This document shows, piece by piece, positions 7,951 to 17,500 of a stretch of 30,881 bases of DNA. Numbering within the stretch: the first letter of the stretch is position 1; every line of letters starts with the position of its first letter. The stretch comes from a virus (taxonomy: Duplodnaviria > Caudoviricetes), in IMG/VR virus record IMGVR_UViG_3300030231_000279, positions 1 through 30,881 of that record; one strand, written 5' to 3'. The position numbers were made by a program, and so were the translations under genes. Under the pieces are notes generated by a model. The model was not told where the DNA came from and ran no database searches. It saw only the letters and a program-made list of their open reading frames with translations.

Positions 7951-8408
7951 TGGTCTAACTCCTTTATACTATTAACTATATTAATTAACCTTTCCTTTAT
8001 CTTATAAATATTAGTATTTGTTCTTTTCCAATACTTGTCTTTGTTTAATTCATTCATTGAACGAATCTTGTTGTACCATCTAAAAAACATCTCAACTTCG
8101 GCTAATTGATATTTTAATTCCTTTAATCCTAACGATAACTTTTGATTTGGTGTTCTCGTTTCATCATTTTTTAATTCCAACCACCTATTAATAGGTCTTT
8201 TTGGCCGTCTACCTTCACCCACAATGGTATAACCCATCATAGTTGCGGTTTTTTTTCTTTTCTCTTTATCTTTTTTGGATTTTTTGTTCAGAAAAGCATA
8301 TGGAGTATCGAAACCATCTATATTTGCAGTTGTAGTGATTTCATCTAATTCCTCATCCATCTCTTGGACAAGATTACGAATATATTCTTTAAGCCTCTTC
8401 TCTAACAT
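7947..8408 (-). CDS. Hypothetical head-region protein
   Basis: Likely ATG start at 8408 (MLEKRLKEYIRNLVQE). Contains DEITTTANIDGFDTPYAF and has a helical C-terminus. Confidence 0.75.
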   Translation of the reverse strand: MLEKRLKEYIRNLVQEMDEELDEITTTANIDGFDTPYAFLNKKSKKDKEKRKKTATMMGYTIVGEGRRPKRPINRWLELKNDETRTPNQKLSLGLKELKYQLAEVEMFFRWYNKIRSMNELNKDKYWKRTNTNIYKIKERLINIVNSIKELDQ

Positions 8409-9264
8409 TTTTAATTTCACTAATCAATTCATACGCTATCATCATAGCTGAAACCTGATTGTCTGAAACTACCCTACCAATTTTAGTTTTTCTTAAAACA
8501 TTGATAGTTTCTTTTAACTTAATTTTCGTAACCTTATCTTTGACCTCTTTATGTTGTTTAACCAACTGAGTAACCACTTCTTTAAGTTGTTGAGTATAGT
8601 ATTCTGTAAATTTGGAAGTATTACTTACATTGTTAATATAATTTTTTAACAATGATTTTTGAGATTCGTTTAATTTTCTATGTTTTTTATTGAAAGTTTC
8701 TAACAATACTTTATATGTTAAGAATCTTTCTTCTTTATTTTGAGTTTTAAACTCAGAAATTGTTTTATCTTCAATAAGTTGTGCTTTATTTTCTAATTCA
8801 CCACCTATTAAACCTTCTACGATAGTATATTTTGAATTAAATATATCTTTGACATCGTAATTTTCTTTACCTTGTGATTCAAATATCTTATATATTGATG
8901 CCATCACCTTATAATTTGTAATAGGTGATGATAAAAATTGGTTAATATCAAAAGATTCTTGAATTTTCTTAACTAAATTGTATTTTTCTTTAGTTAATCT
9001 TTTTATATTGATTCTTTTTCTAGCTTCTAAGATAGTATCAATGAATTTTTCTGCTCTACCCTCTGATTTATATTTTTCTTCAGACAGTAATTGATATAAT
9101 CTAAGTTCTTTTCCTAACTCAGTTTTATTATTGTAAAATTCCTTTAGAATTTTTTGTGCATTTTCGTTATTGTCACCGTTTAAAACTTCGAATGTTATTT
9201 GCCTGACTAATAACTCAAACAATACACCAGTATTTTTAAACTTACTATGTTTAATTTTTTTCAT
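8389..9264 (-). CDS. Hypothetical protein between portal and protease (possible prohead core component)
   Basis: 291 aa, helical, starts MKKIKHSKFKNTGVLFELLVRQIT. Function inferred from position only. Confidence 0.75.
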   Translation of the reverse strand: MKKIKHSKFKNTGVLFELLVRQITFEVLNGDNNENAQKILKEFYNNKTELGKELRLYQLLSEEKYKSEGRAEKFIDTILEARKRINIKRLTKEKYNLVKKIQESFDINQFLSSPITNYKVMASIYKIFESQGKENYDVKDIFNSKYTIVEGLIGGELENKAQLIEDKTISEFKTQNKEERFLTYKVLLETFNKKHRKLNESQKSLLKNYINNVSNTSKFTEYYTQQLKEVVTQLVKQHKEVKDKVTKIKLKETINVLRKTKIGRVVSDNQVSAMMIAYELISEIKNVREEA

Positions 9265-9300
9265 CTTACTTCCTAATTTGATAGAATACTAAATCTCTAT

Positions 9301-9309
9301 TATAAATAT
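9301..9309 (-). promoter_or_regulatory. Putative late promoter motif ATATTTATA
   Basis: Intergenic, 36 bp upstream of the ATG at 9264; recurring motif. Confidence 0.55.
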
Positions 9310-9331
9310 AAAAATATTTATTAAAGAGAAT

Positions 9332-11059
9332 TTATTCCTCTATGATGTTACTTTCATCCAACATATCTGTCTCTTGAAGAAACTTTCGTTTTGATGAAAC
9401 ACCATTAACTATACTCTTAATTTTTTCAGGCGATAACTTAGTTTCCTTCTTTAAAGTATCTTTCCTTTCTTCATCACCAAGAGGGTCTCTACCATAAGGA
9501 TGTTTGTCTTTCTTATAAGTATTACCTTCTCGTGGTCTGCCACCTTTATTCTTAATTTCTTTTTTAATCTTCTCTAATGATTCTTCAATATCTTCAGATT
9601 CCTCTTCTTTAGCTGGGTCTGAACCATCATCCTCAATTGAACGGAATCTAAATCTATCTTTTAAATCTTCAATCATTGTTCCTCTTTCTTTCTCAGATTC
9701 ACCTCTACTTAATTTAAAGATATTATCATATACCCAATCTTTAGATAACATATTTAATCCTTGAATGTCTTGTGCTAGTCTAACTTTTTCACTCCAAAGA
9801 TTAACTTTTTCTTGTTCGTAAATTGTTGATGGATTTACTAATTGTAATTCAAAGTTAGTTAGTTCTGAATCTTGGATACCTTGTGAGTATAAATGAACTA
9901 TTGCTATTTTACTTAATTCGGATACAACAATTCTTTGTATTCTTTCAATAGTTCTTGCAAATCTAACATCCTCTGCAGCTAAAGTTGCTTTACCATTAAT
10001 TTGTTCTTCATACCCTAAATAAGCTTTTGGTATTTTAAGAGCTGCAAATAATTTAGCTTTTAAGTAATCAATATCATCAGTATTGTTAAATTCTAAACCT
10101 GATAGATTTTCTATGTTAGTACCACTATCACCACCTCTTACCGGTAAATAGAAATCTTCAGTTAAGTTTTGAACATTATATTTTAAGTTATAATCACCTG
10201 TATTTTGGTCAACAAAAGGAATCTTCTTCATTTTATTGATGATTCTTTGCATATAGTTATCCACTTCGTTTGGTGGAATATTACCTATATCAATTTTGAA
10301 CACTCTCTTTTCAGGTGCTCTCATAATTCTATGGATTAACATAGCATCTTCCATAAGAGATAGTTGTTTCCATAATCTTCTACCATTCTCAATCATAGCT
10401 TTACCATATGGTAACCAATTGGTATCTGCTAATAATCTAAAATGTGCTATTTCATAGTTTTCATAATCAACTTTTCCAATCTTATCATCTTCAACATGGT
10501 ATTTAACATAATTTGGGTTTTCAGGGTCAGTATTTTCAAGTCTTTCTGTATTATAGACTGATAGGGGAGATACATTTACAATACCTTTACCTTCAGCCAT
10601 TTCTAATGATAAGAAAAAGTCTCCATACTTACACATATTTCTGACCCATGGCCATAGATTGAATTCTATGTTAAGTACATCATAAAATAAGTTGTTTAAT
10701 ATAGACTGAACATTTTCGTTTGATGAACGAATAGTCAAAATATCACCATATTCGTTTTTAAGTGTGGACTCATCTGAGTAAATATCTAATGCTGATGCAA
10801 TTATTGGGTCATTATCCATCGCATCGTAATCTCTGAATATTTCTCTACGAACTTGTTGGTAAGCCATTGATTGTGCTGAACCAGCTTGTTCGTAAAATCC
10901 TTTTTGTAATTTTGTATATCGGTCTCTAAGAAAAGATAAGTTTGTCTTTTGTCTCTCATCGACATCAGCAACTTTTCTCCTTCCCTTTGCATCGACTCTA
11001 ACGATTGCTTGTGTGGAAAAGAGTTTTCTTAATCTACCGAAAAATGAAGTATCTGCCAT
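9332..11059 (-). CDS. gp20: Portal vertex protein, T4 gp20-like
   Basis: LMEDAMLIHRIMRAPEKRVFKIDIGNIP, EDFYLPVRGGDSGTNIENLSG and DIDYLKAKLFAALKIP are gp20 motifs. Confidence 0.95.
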   Translation of the reverse strand: MADTSFFGRLRKLFSTQAIVRVDAKGRRKVADVDERQKTNLSFLRDRYTKLQKGFYEQAGSAQSMAYQQVRREIFRDYDAMDNDPIIASALDIYSDESTLKNEYGDILTIRSSNENVQSILNNLFYDVLNIEFNLWPWVRNMCKYGDFFLSLEMAEGKGIVNVSPLSVYNTERLENTDPENPNYVKYHVEDDKIGKVDYENYEIAHFRLLADTNWLPYGKAMIENGRRLWKQLSLMEDAMLIHRIMRAPEKRVFKIDIGNIPPNEVDNYMQRIINKMKKIPFVDQNTGDYNLKYNVQNLTEDFYLPVRGGDSGTNIENLSGLEFNNTDDIDYLKAKLFAALKIPKAYLGYEEQINGKATLAAEDVRFARTIERIQRIVVSELSKIAIVHLYSQGIQDSELTNFELQLVNPSTIYEQEKVNLWSEKVRLAQDIQGLNMLSKDWVYDNIFKLSRGESEKERGTMIEDLKDRFRFRSIEDDGSDPAKEEESEDIEESLEKIKKEIKNKGGRPREGNTYKKDKHPYGRDPLGDEERKDTLKKETKLSPEKIKSIVNGVSSKRKFLQETDMLDESNIIEE

Positions 11060-11088
11060 TTTATTCTAATTTAATTATATAACCTTTA

Positions 11089-11505
11089 TTACCAAGCTCT
11101 ACAACTCCAATATCTAGCCTTGTGTCTTGGGCCAGGATTATCACAATTGTGTCTTGCTCTGAATGCTTTTCTTCTCGATGGTATATCCTTTTGGATTTGC
11201 ATTGTTTTCTGACCTGCTTTCTTTGCAGATGAACCACCATGTCCAAAGTTTACTTTAACCACATTACCTTTTGGGTTTTTAACATAAACTTTAAATTTCT
11301 TTACATCACCTCTAGTTGGTTTGCCAAGTTTTACTTTTCTACCTTGATACTCAGCTTCGTTAACCTCAGGTTTGTAATGTTTCAAAAATTCAATAAGTTC
11401 TGAAACATCTTGTTCGTTTACAACATCGTATTCTTCTATCTCTTCAGATTCGTTTCTGATGATGTTAATGTGATTTGAATATAATGCTTTTGTAATATTG
11501 TCCAT
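11089..11505 (-). CDS. Hypothetical protein with acidic leader and basic Cys/His C-terminal domain
   Basis: After VNE the protein reads AEYQGRKVKL...KKFKVYVKNPKGNVVKVNFG...RRKAFRARHNCD...KARYWSCRAW, a recurrent viral domain from recall. AAGGAG at 11512-11517. Confidence 0.8.
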   Translation of the reverse strand: MDNITKALYSNHINIIRNESEEIEEYDVVNEQDVSELIEFLKHYKPEVNEAEYQGRKVKLGKPTRGDVKKFKVYVKNPKGNVVKVNFGHGGSSAKKAGQKTMQIQKDIPSRRKAFRARHNCDNPGPRHKARYWSCRAW

Positions 11506-11521
11506 AATTAACTCCTTACTC

Positions 11522-11530
11522 TATAAATAT
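11522..11530 (-). promoter_or_regulatory. Putative late promoter motif ATATTTATA
   Basis: Intergenic, just upstream of the SD of the 11505 gene. Confidence 0.55.
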
Positions 11531-11544
11531 ATAATTTTTTATTA

Positions 11545-13131
11545 TTACCTAATTAACCAAGTTAAATCCTCATCATTGTCACCAACCTTTTGTGTCCAAG
11601 GGTTACCTTGTGGACCTAAGTCGTTTCCTCCATAGACACCAGAGTGTGTTTGTATACCAATACCACCTAATGCTCTTTTAGTCAAATCAATACCTTCTTG
11701 TCTTAATCTTAAAGCTGTATCTCTAACCCAAAGTCCTATTGCGAATGACATAGTTAAGTCATCATTATAACCTTTCATGGCTTCAGCTCGATTACCAGTC
11801 CAAATAAATGTAAAAAGCTCATCAATTAAACGAGATGACCTAACTGTACATGATTTTTCTCTAAAATAATCATCTAATTTCGATATAATTAAAGGTCTTG
11901 TTTTTGATGTTGTACTAAAACCAGCTACCATTCCTCTTTCTTCTCTTCTATATTTGTTAGTCATCTGATGTTCTACATCTACATACTTTAAATCCTTACT
12001 CATATAGAATAAGTTCTTATAATCTCTATCAATTATTTGTTGTATTACTGCCCAACCAATATTTGCATTCTCTACTACGAGTAGAGCATTATTATAATCG
12101 GTTGCCAATGATACTAAAAAGTTTCCAAAATCTTTTGTATCTAATTTACCTTTATATTCTGCAACTTGAGATGCTTGCTCTACATCAAAAACATGACAAG
12201 CTGAATAATCCGATGAATCACCTCTGGCAACATCGGCTACTACCATGTAACTTTTATTGTAGTCAGGATATTCCCATTTCCATAAGTTTCCATCAAATCC
12301 ACCCTTTTCTATTGGTTCTTGAACATAGGTCTCTTTAAAGAACATTAGTAGTTGAGGGTCTATGACAGTATCACCTGATGATACAAAGTCACAATCACAT
12401 TCTTGTGCTGCCCCTTTCAATCCTAATAGTTTTTCTTGTTCATCTCTCCATTCTTGATTTCTTTCTGGATGTACACTCCAATGTAAACGGATTGTATTAA
12501 ATCCATTTTCCTCTTCTTCTGCTCCTACCCAAGTTTTATGAAAGAAATTTCCTACACCATTTGGTGTTGAAAGAATAATTGCACTACCACCAGTTGAAAG
12601 TGTCGATTGTGATGATATCCATATATCTTCAATCTTATCAATAAATGCAGCTTCATCAAATACTAATAAGGATAGTGCTTCAGAACGACCAGCATCACCC
12701 GCAGCTGATGTAGCCTTTATCTGAGAACCATTTGAGTATCTAAGAGATAGTTTGTTATCTTCTATTGCAGTTTGTTTTAACCAAGTTGGTAGATTATCAT
12801 TCATATATCTCACCTTAGTTACTAAGTTTTTTGCCACTTCTTGTTTAGTTGCAATAATCAAAATATTAAAATCTGAATTAAATAACATTTTCCAAAGAGA
12901 AAAACCAGCAACTAAAGTTGATATACCAGTTTGTCTTGATTTCAAAACAATGTTATATCTTTCTTTATCAAATTCAGTTAAAGTTCTTTCTTGAAATTGA
13001 AATAAATGAAAAGGTATTTTTCCTCTTACTGGATGTTGAATATAGCAATACTTCTTCATAAAGTGTATCGGGTCTGATGCACACTTTTGGTATTCAATCT
13101 TAATGATATCCTTTAAGGATTGCTTAGCCAT
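11545..13131 (-). CDS. gp17: Terminase large subunit, T4 gp17-like
   Basis: Walker A-like KSRQTGIST, Walker B LLVFDEAAF, STPNG, QECDCDF, nuclease VADVARG..DYS and GYNDDLTMS. Start re-assigned to the ATG at 13131 (TAATG overlap). Confidence 0.95.
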   Translation of the reverse strand: MAKQSLKDIIKIEYQKCASDPIHFMKKYCYIQHPVRGKIPFHLFQFQERTLTEFDKERYNIVLKSRQTGISTLVAGFSLWKMLFNSDFNILIIATKQEVAKNLVTKVRYMNDNLPTWLKQTAIEDNKLSLRYSNGSQIKATSAAGDAGRSEALSLLVFDEAAFIDKIEDIWISSQSTLSTGGSAIILSTPNGVGNFFHKTWVGAEEEENGFNTIRLHWSVHPERNQEWRDEQEKLLGLKGAAQECDCDFVSSGDTVIDPQLLMFFKETYVQEPIEKGGFDGNLWKWEYPDYNKSYMVVADVARGDSSDYSACHVFDVEQASQVAEYKGKLDTKDFGNFLVSLATDYNNALLVVENANIGWAVIQQIIDRDYKNLFYMSKDLKYVDVEHQMTNKYRREERGMVAGFSTTSKTRPLIISKLDDYFREKSCTVRSSRLIDELFTFIWTGNRAEAMKGYNDDLTMSFAIGLWVRDTALRLRQEGIDLTKRALGGIGIQTHSGVYGGNDLGPQGNPWTQKVGDNDEDLTWLIR

Positions 13132-13835
13132 TATTTTTTCTTCAATGATAATTTCCAATACAATGAACCACCGACATATGGAGTTACATTATTGTTAGCA
13201 TTTATTACACCTAAGTCAAGTCCAAATACTTTGTCCTTTTTGTCTTTGTATAATAATCCAAACTTAGCACTACCAATAAAATCAGTTTTATTGAAACCAG
13301 CTCCTAAACCATAATATAACTCTCTTTTAGGTAACTCTTTAACTATTTTTGTATTGTATATTGTAGGAATCTGAAAGTTCCATTCTATTTTCCTACTTAG
13401 GATTCTATTTTGGGATATAGTATCTGTGAGGAATCCAAACCCAAGAGAGGGATTTGGCTTTGTTCCCAATGAATCAATTGTAATTTCAGGTCCAAAATCA
13501 TATGTTAGATTTAAAGTATCTTTTACAATATATTTTGCGTAGTAATCTTCAACTACTTTTAAAGAATCAACATCAGCTGGTACTTCTACCGTAACTGTTT
13601 CTACTTTAGTAATATATTTAGGTACATACTTTGGAACTTCAATTACTTTTTCAACAAATACTGTATCTATTTTTTGTTCTAATAATTCATAGTCTTTTCC
13701 ATCTACATTTACTATGTCTTTAGGGTCTATGGATGAATCTCCACTACAAGCTCTCATTAATAGTATAACAACTATCAATCCTACAATTAGTATTTCCTTG
13801 AAATACTTTCGTAATATACTAAAGAATATGTTCAT
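13131..13835 (-). CDS. Membrane-anchored/lipoprotein-like protein with C-terminal amphipathic beta strands (possible spanin-like lysis protein)
   Basis: Hydrophobic ILIVGLIVVILLM then RAC; repeated DT/DS-hydrophobic motifs; C-terminal YYGLGAGF...GLDLGV...PYVGGSLYWKL. Confidence 0.55.
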   Translation of the reverse strand: MNIFFSILRKYFKEILIVGLIVVILLMRACSGDSSIDPKDIVNVDGKDYELLEQKIDTVFVEKVIEVPKYVPKYITKVETVTVEVPADVDSLKVVEDYYAKYIVKDTLNLTYDFGPEITIDSLGTKPNPSLGFGFLTDTISQNRILSRKIEWNFQIPTIYNTKIVKELPKRELYYGLGAGFNKTDFIGSAKFGLLYKDKKDKVFGLDLGVINANNNVTPYVGGSLYWKLSLKKK

Positions 13836-14481
13836 AATTTTTATCTTTTATTCTATCGAAACATTCTTGTCTTTTTTCTTTAATTTCTTCTAACTCGTTT
13901 TTACTTTTATCAACAAACTCCCTCATTTCTTTTTTCATCTCACTTACTGGTCTTGGAAGAGTAAATGTTTCGGTAATTTTACCATCTTCACCATATTGAT
14001 GATATTCTTGTTTTAAATCTTTAATTTCTTGTTCAATTGCATCTAATCTTAAAAGTCCATCTGCAATTGCATTTGAAAACATTTTATATTTTGAAAAATC
14101 TTCGTAGACTCCATTTATCCTTAGTTCTGTTTCCATCTTTTTATTACATGAAATACAGAATCCTGTTTTACGAATTAGTTTTTTATTGTTTGGTCCGAAT
14201 TCACCAACATGGTCACAATCAGTATTTTTACATTGATTTTGTTCTTGAAGATACTTTCTTATATTTTCAAATACTTCTGAATTCTTGCCGGTCTTTAAAG
14301 TATATCCTTCTTTCTTTTCATATTTGTAGTGGTCATCTTCCCATACATCACCAACTTTTCTCTCTGTTTTTTTAGCTTCCCAACCAACAGATTGGCTTTT
14401 TTCATACTCACCAGTCTTGACCATATCAGCCAACTTTCTACGAGTTGGGTGCATGAATTTTCTTTTGAATTCTTTTGCCAT
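13819..14481 (-). CDS. Hypothetical protein with probable Zn site and coiled coil
   Basis: CKNTDC...CISC; RKVGDVWED motif; C-terminal heptad pattern. Confidence 0.75.
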   Translation of the reverse strand: MAKEFKRKFMHPTRRKLADMVKTGEYEKSQSVGWEAKKTERKVGDVWEDDHYKYEKKEGYTLKTGKNSEVFENIRKYLQEQNQCKNTDCDHVGEFGPNNKKLIRKTGFCISCNKKMETELRINGVYEDFSKYKMFSNAIADGLLRLDAIEQEIKDLKQEYHQYGEDGKITETFTLPRPVSEMKKEMREFVDKSKNELEEIKEKRQECFDRIKDKNYEHIL

Positions 14482-14508
14482 ACTATTTTAACATATTATA
14501 TATGTATA

Positions 14509-14517
14509 TATAAATAT
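14509..14517 (-). promoter_or_regulatory. Putative late promoter motif ATATTTATA
   Basis: Intergenic, 27 bp upstream of the ATG at 14481. Confidence 0.55.
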
Positions 14518-14542
14518 CACTAAATTGTGAAAACAACAATTT

Positions 14543-17500
14543 TTAGAAAAATATACCTAATATTTGATTAAGAGGTGCAAATGTGCCTGTAAGTTTAAAG
14601 GTTTTACCATTATAAGTGAATACAATACCTTCGTTTGGTACTATTTTTTTAGCACCTCCAATAGATTTTAATCTCTGAAGTTCTAATTTAAGTTTTTGGA
14701 TTTTCTTTTCATCACCAGATTTTTTAACATCTTTGATTGTTTTATCCAATTTCTTTTTCATATCTCTAATAGCCTTGTCAGGATTGACTGTCATCGCCGA
14801 ACTTACAAATTGTAACACTTCCGCACCCAAACCTAAGAAAATATCTTCAAAGGGTCTGATATTATCTTTGGCTATTTTACTATGTTTTTCTTTATCAGTT
14901 TTCTTTGCCCAATCTAAAGTTTTAGAATCCGAAATATTTTTAGAATCTAATCTAAACTTTTTATCAAAGAAAGCCCATCTTTTTACCAATCCCATTTTAG
15001 TTTTATTGTCCAATGTTGTTGGTGATTTTTTATCTACATAATTTTCCCAAAAAGCTTGATGATATTCCGATACACCATCAGTATCTTTAAGATTGTATTT
15101 CTTTTGTAATCTTTTTATCTTGCCACTATATACAGATTTCTTTTTAGAAAGGTCTTGTGATTTAGGTAATTTAACGACTGGTGGTCCTTCGATAGTGTAT
15201 GATGATTGAACATTTTGATTGACTTGTTTTATCATACCAGCTAATATTCTAGCAGCTCCTTGATTCTCTCCAATAGCAACTCCCTCATCGTTATATTCCA
15301 TAGTTCCATGAAACACAAGTAAAGCTTGTCCATAAGGAATTACATTAACTGATGTTGGGTATATTACTTCTAAGTTCATAAAACAAGCACCATCTTTAAA
15401 AACTTTCTTTCTTTGTGGTTCTGAAAGTGAAGAGATAGCCTTAGATAAATCTCTCATCGCGAAGTTGTATGCATCACTCAATCCACCCCTACCTTGAAAC
15501 TTATCCGAAACCCCTCGTATATCCAAGGCGTTCTCTCCTTTATTTTTAAGATGTCCTTTATTTCTTGCTGCAACTAATCTATTGTCTCTCCATGAAATTG
15601 CTAATGCTTGTCCATCTGTTTTTTCTCTTGTGTTTTCTAATGTACCATCAAGTGCTCTATTTACAATATCTTTTAATTGACCAAAAGTTAAATTTACATC
15701 AGAATCGAAAGGATGATTCATATGTCCATATGCTCCACCTTCAGTAATTACCTCTTCACCTAATCCACCTCTATCGTGTTTTGAAAACTTACCTAATTTA
15801 TCGAATGCTCTGAATGATTTAACTTTATCTGCTTTCTTCGGTCTCATATCAGATAGTTGTTTATACTTCATATGGTTTTTAACAATATAAAATACATTTG
15901 CAGTGTTACCACCAACTGATTCTATAAACTTTTTGTATTTCTTTACTAATGAAGCAGATACCTTTTCATGTCCAAAGTGTGTGATGTGTCCTTTCTTTGG
16001 ATGTATACCAGCAGTTTCATCTTTTCCTATATCATGGAACATGGCTGCTATCGCAATATCAATATCGTTATCTTTGATTGAACGATTTACAACCATAATA
16101 GTATGTTTAAGAACATTACCCTCTGGATGTTTATCTGCTCTTTGACCGAAGTTTTTTAGATTGTAAACTCTCTTTTGTAAATCCGAAGGCATTTTTTTGA
16201 ATAGTGATTTGAAATCTGTGATTCCTTTTTCTTTCAATCCTTCTTTTACATATTTATCCTTTTTCAACATTTGGTGTAATTTACTACCATCTACTTTACT
16301 CCATGATTTATTTTTTCCAAATTGTTTTTTCCAAAGTAACTCAAGGAATGTTTTCTTTTCTTTAGGTGATAATCCTTTTAACTTTCTGTTGATTTCTCCT
16401 CTTCGTTTCCAAACATATTTTTTAAAATCCATATAAAAGAATTCATTTACTTCTTTTATAGTATCGTATTGATATTCTTTATTTGAATCAGTATTACTTC
16501 TTTGTTTATCTAACTTCTGATTTATTTTATTCATATCTTCTTTAGAAGGATAACCTAAAGTTTCATTCTTAGCTTTGGTTTTCTTTTTCATCTTATTGAT
16601 GTATGCTCTATAAACTCCAGCTTGTGATGTTTTACCCATCTCCTTAGCTCTTTGTTCCATGGCTACCGCAGCTTGAATTTTGTGTGCATGTGATTTACCA
16701 CTACTTTTAATTTTACTTACTGATTTTTTAGCATCATCAACTGTTGCGAATTTTAAACCTTTAATTGTACCTTTTGGATTTTCATCAGTATATAAATCAG
16801 AATGTGAAGATGAGTTTCTATGTTGTCCTTTTTTTCTTGGGATTCTCGCTGCTTCAGTTTTACCAAATTTTTCTACTTCTTTTGCTCTCAAATCTGGTAG
16901 GAATCTAAACTTTGCTCTTTTTCTTACTCTTCCTTTTTTTCTTAGTACATTTTTGTGAACTACTTTAGCTTGTTGAATTGATAACTCTTTTTTCTTTTTA
17001 CCAGGATATAAGTCCTTCATAAATTCATCGTAAACTTGTAGATATGCTTTTTTGTATGCAATCTTTTTCAGTTTAGCAAGAGGTTTTCTTCTTTTCATCG
17101 TTCTTTTTCTTGCTCTTTGAATAGCTGCTCTTTTACCAGCCATCGCTGCTTTTCTTCTTAGAAGGTCAGCTGGTCTTAATCTTCCTTTACTTTCCTCTAC
17201 ATCTTCACCAACTCTCATCAAACCTTTTGGTGGTTGTGCTAATGGATTAATACCAAAACATCTTGTTCTGAATTGTTGTTCCGTTTCACCTTTCATTGGT
17301 TTATCACAACTCTCTTCTAAAGTATTTTCATCTTGTGGCATATCAGAAGGAAACTCCACATCTTCTAAATCAACATCAAATCCTTCTTTCATTAGTCGAA
17401 AAGTTACAACCTTCCTTCCATTGATAGTTGGCATTCCATGTTCATCTTTACCGATTGATTTAATAACTACCTTTTTATTTTTAAATCTACCCATTAATAT

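Noticed and set aside
10801-11246. Minus-strand ORFs 10801-10992 and 11061-11246
   Set aside because: They are alternative frames overlapping the portal gene and the 11089-11505 gene.
9332-13131. Introns, inteins or homing endonucleases in terminase or portal
   Set aside because: Both ORFs are continuous and of ordinary length, with no visible splicing or endonuclease motifs.
13819-14481. Small terminase subunit
   Set aside because: It is near the large terminase but has no recognisable gp16 motif, so it is left as hypothetical.
14517-14530. TCAC/GTGA inverted repeat as a terminator after the 1352-aa gene
   Set aside because: The stem is only 4 bp and there is no convincing U-tract.
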